Made by a program: the position numbers and the translations under genes. The notes beneath the pieces were generated by a model. It was not told where the DNA came from and ran no database searches. It worked only from the letters and a program-made list of their open reading frames with translations. DNA of 64,000 nt from a virus. Positions 9,451 to 17,277 of the stretch are shown here, piece by piece. The stretch covers positions 32,001 through 96,000 of the IMG/VR virus record IMGVR_UViG_3300032291_003679, one strand, 5' to 3'. The stretch's first letter is position 1; the number at the start of each line of letters is the position of its first letter.

Positions 9451-9512
9451 GCCCCCACCCCACGCCCCCACCCCACGCCCCCACCCCACGCCCGAACACC
9501 CACGCCCCCACC
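9451..9512. repeat. C-rich tandem repeat (CCCCACGCCCCCA)n
   Basis: About four 13-nt units; runs of 4-5 G on the minus strand. Confidence 0.85.
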
Positions 9513-9639
9513 TGCCTCCGAGAGCAGAGGGCAAGCCGAGCGAAGCGAGACGGGAGAAAGCGAGGAACCAAGCGGGGCTCCTACCCCAATGACGGTGCAT
9601 GGGTGCATACACGGGTGGGCACGGCAGGTAGTCCGATTT

Positions 9640-9666
9640 GGAAGTCTGAACCGTTAGTGGTACATT
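9640..9666 (+). promoter_or_regulatory. conserved phage promoter P7 (leaderless transcript)
   Basis: GGAAGTCTG-N9-TGGTACATT; ATG lies 6 nt downstream. Confidence 0.8.
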
Positions 9667-9672
9667 TATGGC

Positions 9673-10881
9673 ATGACCGAAGTTTCATCTGCCTCAATCG
9701 CCTTTGACCTGCACACGCGATACTTGGAATATCGCAAGAGCCACCCAACGATGGACAGGCTCTTACATCTCGGATACTTTCGCGCCATGTGGGCAGACGA
9801 CGATACGCCTATTCTGACCCGTGAGGCATTAGAGAGCGAAGCAAAAATGGGCGCAGTTCATCACGAAGTACATCGCGCACTAGACGACACAATCATCGCA
9901 CTCGGTGACACCGTGTTTCTCACTGACGACTTGCGTGAGTTGGTCAAGACGGCAGAAGTAACAATGCCTGATGAGGTGTTATTTGAGACGGACATTTTCA
10001 CCCCGTGTGGATTCATCGTGATGGAGACTCCACTGCCACAAACGGTGAAGTCGCTTATCAAGGCCGAAGATTTTGACGAAGTGCTAACACTCTCAAAAAA
10101 GTACGGCGCAATCATCACTGGAACGCGCAACGACACTGAACCTGACGAAGATGGAAACTATGTAGGCGTAGAGAACTGGGAAGTGCAGGCGTTTGCATGG
10201 GCTGACGCGAGCGCAATAACACCCGAAGCACTTTCGGAAATAGAGAGACGGTTTGGGAAAGACAGCAACGAGTACGCCTTCGCTCAAAACATTTCTAAGA
10301 ACTCAGGAAATGACAGTGCCATTCAGGTGCGTGTTTTCGGAACTCTTATCTCTACCACTGTCAATGGGCTAACGATAGAAGTTCCACAACTACACCTTGC
10401 CCCTTTACGACTAATGGATATGTACGCGTTCTTCTACGGCGAAGATGGAATGGAAATAGAACGCGAAGTAAGTGGTGTAGGTAACTTTTCAGAGGCCGAC
10501 CTGAACGAGTCCTCATGGGAACGAAGCAGAGAAGTGCGCCGATTTCTTGTTGCTCTGTTCCGTCTCATGGACGAGTATGTGGACATTGACAGGCACGGCC
10601 TGCATCGCGCTTTCGGAAAGCGAGCAACCCGTGGTGGCCGAACAGGTGACACGAAGAATGTCACGATTCTCTCACTGCGTCGTGCGCTCGGTGATGATGA
10701 AGAAGGAATCGGTGCAGGAGCGAAGGTGACGCTCGCGCATCTCGTCCGTGGCCACTGGCGCAATCAGTGGTATCCATCACAGAAGATGCACCGTGCGAAA
10801 TGGATACGCGCACACCGTCGTGGTGGCAGTGCTGGTGATGAAGTGACTGCACGGCCTCGCATCATCAAGGTGGACAGATAG
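9673..10881 (+). CDS. hypothetical protein with C-terminal VRGHWR motif
   Basis: 402 aa; HLVRGHWRNQWYPS...WIRAH pattern seen in actinobacterial phage/plasmid proteins. Confidence 0.8.
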   Translation: MTEVSSASIAFDLHTRYLEYRKSHPTMDRLLHLGYFRAMWADDDTPILTREALESEAKMGAVHHEVHRALDDTIIALGDTVFLTDDLRELVKTAEVTMPDEVLFETDIFTPCGFIVMETPLPQTVKSLIKAEDFDEVLTLSKKYGAIITGTRNDTEPDEDGNYVGVENWEVQAFAWADASAITPEALSEIERRFGKDSNEYAFAQNISKNSGNDSAIQVRVFGTLISTTVNGLTIEVPQLHLAPLRLMDMYAFFYGEDGMEIEREVSGVGNFSEADLNESSWERSREVRRFLVALFRLMDEYVDIDRHGLHRAFGKRATRGGRTGDTKNVTILSLRRALGDDEEGIGAGAKVTLAHLVRGHWRNQWYPSQKMHRAKWIRAHRRGGSAGDEVTARPRIIKVDR

Positions 10882-10888
10882 AACCTGT

Positions 10889-10937
10889 GGACTTACCTAC
10901 ACCCGTAGCAGGCTCGCTATCAGGTGTAGGTAAGTCC
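10889..10937. repeat. Box A inverted pair (15-bp arms, 19-nt spacer) between convergent genes
   Basis: GGACTTACCTACACC...GGTGTAGGTAAGTCC. Confidence 0.9.
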
Positions 10938-10947
10938 GTTGGCCGTA

Positions 10948-11139
10948 TTAGTCTCGCGTTGGCGTGATTGCGAAACTGACTGAACGCTCGTCGTTGCGAG
11001 TCTCTGGAAAGTAGAACGCAAGACCGAGCCACGCTTGCGCTTCTCGCTTGCTGGCGAAGCCCGTGGCCTCAACCGTTGAGCGAGAGCGTCCGTTCGCGAG
11101 AACGGCAACGCGTGTGATGGTGAATGTGGAATGTGCCAT
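10948..11139 (-). CDS. hypothetical protein (63 aa)
   Basis: AAAGGGG RBS, downstream of P8. Confidence 0.6.
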   Translation of the reverse strand: MAHSTFTITRVAVLANGRSRSTVEATGFASKREAQAWLGLAFYFPETRNDERSVSFAITPTRD

Positions 11140-11169
11140 GATGAACCCCTTTCGTTCGGCAACACACAC

Positions 11170-11196
11170 AGAGTACCACCGATGGAACAGACTTTC
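11170..11196 (-). promoter_or_regulatory. conserved phage promoter P8
   Basis: GAAAGTCTG-N9-TGGTACTCT. Confidence 0.8.
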
Positions 11197-11378
11197 CAAA
11201 AGTGCATGATTACCTACACCTATTCGGCGCAACACTCGCACTCTATGCGAGGACAACCGAACGAAGTGAGGGCGTCAGCACCGGGGCTCCCACTCTCCAA
11301 CCATGCATAAGCACCGTGCCGAGACTTACCTACACCTAGTAGATGAGTGCCGACACGGTGAATACGCCGTGTACCGAA

Positions 11379-12083
11379 TCAGTATGCGTGTGGCGCGTCT
11401 ACTTCCATAGGTGCACGACACACATGACAGAGTGGGGACTCTGAACCGTCCTCACCGAATAGAGGTGTTTCGTCATCAGCGAGCGAGTACCCATGAGACT
11501 GCGAAAGCATTTCACCGTAGTTGCATTCCACTGAATGTTCTTCATCGTTCGGGCAAGTGAGCGAGTAGTTTGCGTTGTCGTATGGGAACGACTCTGCCAT
11601 GTCTACCGTGACACGGAATGCACGAGGACGCGTGTAGCCACCACGAACATCGCAACCCCCGTGAATCTGCAAGAGCACGAACACTTCACCACCGTCCGAG
11701 AATGTCACGCCCTGCAATGTCTGCGCGAGTGAGTCCTCTCCGTTGTATGTGTTCCATGTGTGTGCACTGTCGTCCTTTTCTGTTGCGAACTCTTGTGCGA
11801 GACCGAGCCACCCGTCATCAGGGTTCTCTTCACAGAACGCACGGAACTGCTTGTCCAAGAGTGGTGCATACTCCAATCGTTCTGAAAGGTAGTGATAGAC
11901 CGAGAGCGTCACGCCCCACTTGTCTGCCCATGCGCGAGGTTGCGCGTCCCACTCTGCGAGTGTGCGACCTGCGTTCTGTTCCCAGTGTCTCCCGTAGGCT
12001 CCACCACTGTCCAAGATGTGTCGTCCCGTAGGCTCCGTGAGCATTTCTGCGATTACTTCGCGTGTGCGTGTTGTTGTCTTCAT
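11379..12083 (-). CDS. conserved phage hypothetical protein
   Basis: LDSGGAYGRHW and QIHGGCDVRGGYT motifs; start follows Box A. Confidence 0.8.
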   Translation of the reverse strand: MKTTTRTREVIAEMLTEPTGRHILDSGGAYGRHWEQNAGRTLAEWDAQPRAWADKWGVTLSVYHYLSERLEYAPLLDKQFRAFCEENPDDGWLGLAQEFATEKDDSAHTWNTYNGEDSLAQTLQGVTFSDGGEVFVLLQIHGGCDVRGGYTRPRAFRVTVDMAESFPYDNANYSLTCPNDEEHSVECNYGEMLSQSHGYSLADDETPLFGEDGSESPLCHVCRAPMEVDAPHAY

Positions 12084-12397
12084 GACTTACCTACACCCTT
12101 GTAAGGGTATGACGGGTGTGCCCGTCGCCCCTTGTGGCGAAGTGTGGCGATTTCGTTGCGTGACCACAGCGTGAGAAGTGTGCTGACAATCGTGCCAACA
12201 ATGGTGACGAACAATCCTGCGAAAGTATCGTACGCAGTGTGACTCCAATAAGAGAGAACAACAAGGTACGCACCAAGCGTGGTCACGAGATACGAAGCCC
12301 CCGTGATGAATCGGTAGATGAATGTTGGATAGTTGTCGTCCAACCAGTTAGTAGCCCGTGCGTCTGCTCGGTCTAGTTTGTCAATAATGTTTGCCAT
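12080..12397 (-). CDS. small membrane protein (2 TM)
   Basis: Two hydrophobic segments; AAAGGGA RBS; C-terminal GVGKS is encoded by Box A. Confidence 0.7.
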   Translation of the reverse strand: MANIIDKLDRADARATNWLDDNYPTFIYRFITGASYLVTTLGAYLVVLSYWSHTAYDTFAGLFVTIVGTIVSTLLTLWSRNEIATLRHKGRRAHPSYPYKGVGKS

Positions 12398-12430
12398 GTG
12401 GATTCCCTTTCCGTTTGAGTTGGCAAGATG

Positions 12431-12457
12431 AGCGTACCACAGTGGGGACAGACTTTC
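12431..12457 (-). promoter_or_regulatory. conserved phage promoter P9
   Basis: GAAAGTCTG-N9-TGGTACGCT. Confidence 0.8.
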
Positions 12458-12568
12458 CGACCTACCTGCCGTGCCTCCCCGATGTGGCGAGGGGTGGGAT
12501 ACTTCCCCTGCTGGGAGCCCCGTTGTTTTTGACTCTTCTGTCATAACAGACACGAGTCGGTGACTTAC

Positions 12569-12826
12569 CTACACCTCGTCATCACCACGCAGGTAGTTGG
12601 CACGCATCACTTCCGTGCTGGCCTCACCTGTTTGGTCAAGCGTCGTGATGTCGTACACAGCACCACAGCGATAACACAGGTACGAAAAACCGTCCCATGC
12701 ACCCGTGGCGTCGGGGGCGATTATCTCTCCTGTTGGGAGACACGAGTAGAAGCCGTCGATGTCAGGTTCATTACCACATTCACAGACGAGCCAGTCTGCT
12801 GTAGTGCGTTCGAGATTGAGTGTCAT
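12569..12826 (-). CDS. Zn-ribbon hypothetical protein
   Basis: CECGN...CYRCG; stop lies inside Box A. Confidence 0.7.
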   Translation of the reverse strand: MTLNLERTTADWLVCECGNEPDIDGFYSCLPTGEIIAPDATGAWDGFSYLCYRCGAVYDITTLDQTGEASTEVMRANYLRGDDEV

Positions 12827-13302
12827 GATGGTTCCTCTTGATGGGTGATGGAAGATACATCATAGGGGTTTTCTTCAGGGTCGTCATGCCACACGCCATC
12901 AGGCCATGCAGTACGTGTGTGTACTCCATGAACGTTCTTGCCGAAGATGTCAGTGGCCTGCCATGCATGTGTGCAACACGGCACTGGGGTGTCTCGTGAG
13001 TCAGGGTGACAGTTCTGTCCAATGTCTTGAGCGAGTAGAGGGAACGTAGCGAGGAACTTGGCAACACAGTCATGACAAAGAATCCATTCACGTGTACGCA
13101 GGCTTCCTGTCAGTACACGAACGTTGTCATCGAATCCACCGTAGTAGCCGAATGTGTCAAAGGGTAAGACCCAACCATTGTCAGGGTATGACTCCTGTTG
13201 TGTACACGGCACTGATGCACAGCATGCTGAACATCGTGCGTGCTTGACGACTGGTGTAGATGGTGTGATGAATGGTGACTGTGTGTCAGGCGTATCGCTC
13301 AT
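12823..13302 (-). CDS. Cys/His-rich hypothetical protein
   Basis: CSACC, CHDC and CC motifs; leaderless from P10. Confidence 0.7.
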   Translation of the reverse strand: MSDTPDTQSPFITPSTPVVKHARCSACCASVPCTQQESYPDNGWVLPFDTFGYYGGFDDNVRVLTGSLRTREWILCHDCVAKFLATFPLLAQDIGQNCHPDSRDTPVPCCTHAWQATDIFGKNVHGVHTRTAWPDGVWHDDPEENPYDVSSITHQEEPS

Positions 13303-13309
13303 GCGAGAA

Positions 13310-13336
13310 AGAGTACCAGTATGGGGACAGACTTAC
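13310..13336 (-). promoter_or_regulatory. conserved phage promoter P10 (leaderless)
   Basis: GTAAGTCTG-N9-TGGTACTCT; ATG lies 7 nt downstream. Confidence 0.75.
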
Positions 13337-13396
13337 AACGTACCTGCAGTGCAACCCATGAGACGCCCGTGGCACTTGCGTCGTTCATGCTGATGG

Positions 13397-13762
13397 TCAG
13401 GTGACGATGTGTCCTGATGTCATGCGATACAGCACTGCGTAGCAGAAGCGTCTGCGCTGTGTGATGCTCCACTCCACCTGATAACGATGGTGTCTGTTGA
13501 GCATGTCGATGTCTGCCTGCGAACGGTGTATGCCTAGTTCCATCTCTGTCTCTATCATGATGGACATGATGTTCACCTCACTACCCGTGGCACTGCGAGG
13601 CGTCACACCTGCCTCTCGGCACGCCTGAAACACCTTGGTCATGAACATCGAGCATGCGAGCATGTGCTCAAGCTCTTCATCGTCAGTGAGGTAGTCATTG
13701 GTCAAGCGTGATACACGAATGGCCTGATGTACCTTGCGCTTAGGTATGTAGATGCCTGACAT
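13397..13762 (-). CDS. hypothetical protein
   Basis: 121-aa ORF; TACCCT -10-like hexamer 6 nt before ATG. Confidence 0.55.
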   Translation of the reverse strand: MSGIYIPKRKVHQAIRVSRLTNDYLTDDEELEHMLACSMFMTKVFQACREAGVTPRSATGSEVNIMSIMIETEMELGIHRSQADIDMLNRHHRYQVEWSITQRRRFCYAVLYRMTSGHIVT

Positions 13763-13798
13763 GAGGCAAGGGTATCACTCACTAGGTGAGCGTGTCCC

Positions 13799-13972
13799 CT
13801 ATCCCCATTTGATTTCTTTCGTCTGTTTCTCTTGGGGCTCTACTGCTACTACATCAAGCATGCTCCCCTGATTGAGTAGAGAGTGAACCATTGAGATTGC
13901 TTCGTCAATGTTCATTGGGGCGTCAAGGTCACTGCGCTTACGCACTGCGACGGTGATTCTGTATGTATCCAT
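13799..13972 (-). CDS. hypothetical protein
   Basis: ATG directly after the upstream stop. Confidence 0.5.
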   Translation of the reverse strand: MDTYRITVAVRKRSDLDAPMNIDEAISMVHSLLNQGSMLDVVAVEPQEKQTKEIKWG

Positions 13973-13974
13973 GC

Positions 13975-14184
13975 TTAGCACCATACAGCCTTCCATAGTC
14001 GCGCAACGCTTTGTGCTTGCTGAGGTGATTGACAAGGGATACGTCTGATGGTGTGTTGCGTCCCCTCTGATGAGGGTAGGGACAACCACACCTCCACGTC
14101 ATCACCAATGGCATTGACGTGAGTGACTGTCCCCTCTGATGAAAGGTCAGTGATGTGAGAGGTGAGTAGGTCTAGTGATGTCAT
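13975..14184 (-). CDS. hypothetical protein
   Basis: TACTGT 7 nt before ATG. Confidence 0.55.
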   Translation of the reverse strand: MTSLDLLTSHITDLSSEGTVTHVNAIGDDVEVWLSLPSSEGTQHTIRRIPCQSPQQAQSVARLWKAVWC

Positions 14185-14274
14185 GAGGGACACAGTACAT
14201 CAGGGGTGGTACATAGTCAATGGGGTGACGATGATGTGGGGTAGCGATGTTCAGGGGGGTATGGTGTTACTCGT

Positions 14275-14481
14275 ATGACACCCGTGACACCTCGCAAACA
14301 TTCACGCTCTCACTCACCTATGGCACGCCTATGGCAAGGGTGGTGCGACCTCTATGACAAGTGGTGGTCACGATGGTCACGATGGAGCAATGGCATAGGG
14401 CTTGACCCCTTTCCTCTCGCAATCGCAATCGGGTGTGTGGTGATGGCACTGCTCACACTGCTGTCTATTGGTCGTGTGTAG
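14275..14481 (+). CDS. small membrane protein
   Basis: Trp-rich segment and C-terminal hydrophobic helix. Confidence 0.45.
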   Translation: MTPVTPRKHSRSHSPMARLWQGWCDLYDKWWSRWSRWSNGIGLDPFPLAIAIGCVVMALLTLLSIGRV

Positions 14482-15243
14482 TACACCCGTGGCCCCCTGC
14501 GATTGACCTTACCTACACCTCAGGCGAACAGGTACGGCTTGACCTACTGGCCTTGCGCTTGTGGCATAGACGACACGCTTGCTTGCCTCATACATTGCGA
14601 GCATCACGCTATGCGCTTGCCTCACTAAGACATACGTCATTGGTAAACGATTGACGCTTGTCTGTTGTCTGCTTTGATTGGGCTATGTGCTTTCGCATAG
14701 CGTCAAGCACAACTCGGACAGTGCTCTCGCATAAGTCGTATGACCCACAGAACCCGAGAACCCGAAGGACCCGAAAACCCGAAAGGCATTGCGCTGACCT
14801 TGCTTGTATGAAAGGCAACGACGAACGACCAACGCACTTCGTGTGCGTGCGTCATTGAGTGGTGAGAGCAGGGGTATGTGTGTGTTTCTCTGTGTAGACA
14901 AGACACTGCTAGGGGCGAGACGAAGGGTGGCGTTTGGTTGTGACGTTCGCCTTCGCTGTGCTCCTCTATTGACGAGATACCTGCTGTGCTTCCCCACTCT
15001 TGGCTCTGCTCTGCTTGCTTCGTTCTGTCCACAGTGGTCGACGATTGACACGGTCACGCCTCTGTCCACAGAACTGACCATCGACGCCACCAGAGAGAAG
15101 GCACCCCCTTGGAGCCCCGCCGGCTTTCAGTCGAACCCCCAGCGCCGGGGGGAGCTAAAAATCAAATTTTTATGGCCACCTTTTTTTATCTTAATTTATC
15201 CAAACCGCTTGTGTTCGTCCCCAGGGCTGTGTACTATGTGCTC

Positions 15244-15501
15244 ATGAGTACTATTTACAGCTATGACGAATTCCTGGTTTTTGTTGCTCAAGAGCATCAT
15301 CAGCTCAAGGCCGGCGACCCCACTGTTCGCCTCGGTCAGACGTATTTCAACTGTTTGTGGGAGTTTCGTCCCAGCATTGCCAATGCAATCCGAGCTACCA
15401 AGTATGACCCTTTTCACAAGGAAGAGGTCCATCCTGACATCCACGTCCATGTGAATGACCTGTGGGATGAGATGAACACTAAGGTGTTGTCAGAGGAATA
15501 A
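15244..15501 (+). CDS. conserved phage hypothetical protein
   Basis: RLGQTYFN...DPF pattern; TACTAT 6 nt before ATG. Confidence 0.7.
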   Translation: MSTIYSYDEFLVFVAQEHHQLKAGDPTVRLGQTYFNCLWEFRPSIANAIRATKYDPFHKEEVHPDIHVHVNDLWDEMNTKVLSEE

Positions 15502-15511
15502 GTGTAGGGTT

Positions 15512-15724
15512 ATGGATTACCTGCTTCTTGTGTTTCTCGGTTTAGGGGCTCTGTGGGGTGTGGGAGCCCTTCTAGGGACCATGTTCACCGAGGAGCCCTG
15601 TGAGGCCTGTGGGAACTGGGATGCAGCTAATCGCATGGTAGTAGGCACAAACGGCAAGCTCTACCATCCTTCTTGTTACCAGCTCAGCGATAGCGTTGAG
15701 TCCCCCCATTCTCCCAGCGAATAA
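15512..15724 (+). CDS. membrane-anchored small Zn-finger protein
   Basis: N-terminal TM segment, CEAC...HPSC. Confidence 0.55.
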   Translation: MDYLLLVFLGLGALWGVGALLGTMFTEEPCEACGNWDAANRMVVGTNGKLYHPSCYQLSDSVESPHSPSE

Positions 15725-16062
15725 CTAACTAACTCTCCAGTTGGATGTCCATCTAGCTGTTCTCAGCCCCCTCGTGGAGGGAAATAAGGCCGCCCGTTAA
15801 TTTTCCTAGGCTGGATATTGCCTACCCCCTATATATTTTGAGGTCCTGCAGCATGCTGGGATAAATTTATCCAAAAGAGGGTGTGCGAAAAAAAAATCGC
15901 GTTGGGTTGTCTCTTTTCTGTTTATTGGAGTCCCCGGCGGGGTGGGGTTGTGGGGGGCGCGTTTGGAGGCTAGGGTGTCTAGATGGTAGAATTAATTACT
16001 GCCAAATATGAACCCGCTGTTAACAGGGTTGTCCGTATCCGCCGAGTACAGGAGCACGTATA

Positions 16063-17277
16063 GTGAAACCACACCGACTGATTGCCACTGCATTGTCCTT
16101 TTTAGTCTTAAGCCCTGCTGTGCAGGCTCAGGCTACCCCTGATGGGGAGACAGTAAAGGAGGTAGTTAGTCGGTCGGCGTTTACAGTGCAGACAGCAGGT
16201 TCACCTGTTGCTCACTCAGCTCTTGGCCTTCGACAATCGTCCGTACCGCGCGCTCATGCTTATGCCACTGAAGAATTTTGGGACAAGCTAGCGCAGTGTG
16301 AAACGGCCAACAATTGGCAGGACAAGGGCACCTGGGCAGGTGGTCTTGGTATTTACACCAAGAGCAAATTCCCGAAGGCCGCAATGGGGACGTGGGAGCG
16401 TTATGGTGGCGAGCAGTTCGCTTCCTCTCCAGATAAAGCGACTCGCGAAGAGCAGATAATTGTGGCTAACCGTATTTCGGTTGAGGGCTACAAGCAGATG
16501 GTTCATCGCGACCCAGATTGGGCTCGTCGACAGGGTGTTCCAGCTACGTATTTGTGGGACCAGAAACCAGTGGGGCTTGGTGGCTGGGGATGCTATAAGT
16601 CCAAGTCCACGGGTAAGTACAGAATGTCTAAGCCAAAGATGTACTACTACGAAAACTACAAAGATGTTGTTTTGTTCTCGTTTAAATTTAACGAAAGAAG
16701 CAAGGCTGTTCATGACTTGCAGATGTTCCTTGGAATAAAAGTAGATAACCACTACGGTAAGAAAACCAAGACTGCTCACATTAAGTACTTGAAGAAAAAG
16801 AAACTTCCTCTTGATGGCATTCCCGGAATGGCACCGAAAATTGAAAGCACGGGAACGGTCAGTGCTCAAAGTGTTGGGTCTGGCGATTCAACCGAGAAGA
16901 GTTGCCCTAAGTGGGAAAAACTTCTGAAGAAGTACAAACTTCCAGTTAAAGAATTCTCTTACATTATGTGGAGAGAAAGCAGATGCCAGACGATGGCTAT
17001 TGGATGGAACTATAAAAAAGGTTATGGACCTTCTAATTGTCGACTTGACGTGGCAAAGGTCTACAAGAACTGTCATGCTGTGCGTTCTTACGACATTGGC
17101 TTGTTGCAAGTCAACTCAAGTTGGAAGACCGTTACCGCGAAGGTGTGTAATCGACCTATCCGTCAGATAATAAAATCTCTAACGAATCCTGAGTGCAATG
17201 TAAAGGTCGCCCGCTATCTCTACGACAACGGCGGCATGCATCACTGGAAGGCAACGTCAGGCCGAGGTTCAAGATAG
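16063..17277 (+). CDS. secreted muralytic protein: Rpf-like transglycosylase + PG-binding + second lytic transglycosylase
   Basis: Signal peptide (AVQAQA); WDKLAQCE..GGL..ATREEQIIVA (Rpf); LQMFLGIKVDNHYGKKT (PG-binding); IMWRESRC..GLLQVN (SLT). Confidence 0.85.
   Translation: MKPHRLIATALSFLVLSPAVQAQATPDGETVKEVVSRSAFTVQTAGSPVAHSALGLRQSSVPRAHAYATEEFWDKLAQCETANNWQDKGTWAGGLGIYTKSKFPKAAMGTWERYGGEQFASSPDKATREEQIIVANRISVEGYKQMVHRDPDWARRQGVPATYLWDQKPVGLGGWGCYKSKSTGKYRMSKPKMYYYENYKDVVLFSFKFNERSKAVHDLQMFLGIKVDNHYGKKTKTAHIKYLKKKKLPLDGIPGMAPKIESTGTVSAQSVGSGDSTEKSCPKWEKLLKKYKLPVKEFSYIMWRESRCQTMAIGWNYKKGYGPSNCRLDVAKVYKNCHAVRSYDIGLLQVNSSWKTVTAKVCNRPIRQIIKSLTNPECNVKVARYLYDNGGMHHWKATSGRGSR

Larger units (their letters stand above)
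115..14519. repeat. Box A: dispersed 13-bp asymmetric repeat GGTGTAGGTAAGT, 22 copies
   Basis: Exact copies start at 115(-), 1688, 1985(-), 2010, 3068, 3111, 3615(-), 4581, 10891(-), 10923, 11324(-), 12085(-) and 12563(-). Copies with 1-2 mismatches start at 2722, 3086(-), 3246(-), 7109, 8760, 9427, 10474, 11208(-) and 14507(-). Confidence 0.95.

Noticed and set aside
115-14519. Box A contains AGGTAAGT, the eukaryotic 5' splice-site consensus
   Set aside because: The context is a bacteriophage with intact, RBS-led ORFs and no branch or acceptor signals, so the match is coincidental.
115-14519. Box A repeats as a CRISPR array or integron attC sites
   Set aside because: The repeats are only 13 bp, irregularly spaced and in both orientations. 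There are no cas or integrase genes and no GTTRRRY/RYYYAAC attC ends.
14609-15247. Several overlapping 66-147 aa ORFs in the boundary region
   Set aside because: They lack an RBS or promoter, have low-complexity Arg/Cys-rich translations and overlap each other, so the region was treated as non-coding.
16010-16032. GAACCCGCTGTTAAC upstream of the Rpf-like gene resembles the 3' end of a c-di-AMP (ydaO) riboswitch
   Set aside because: The 5' half of the aptamer is missing and the leader is too short; it is only a small hairpin or palindrome.
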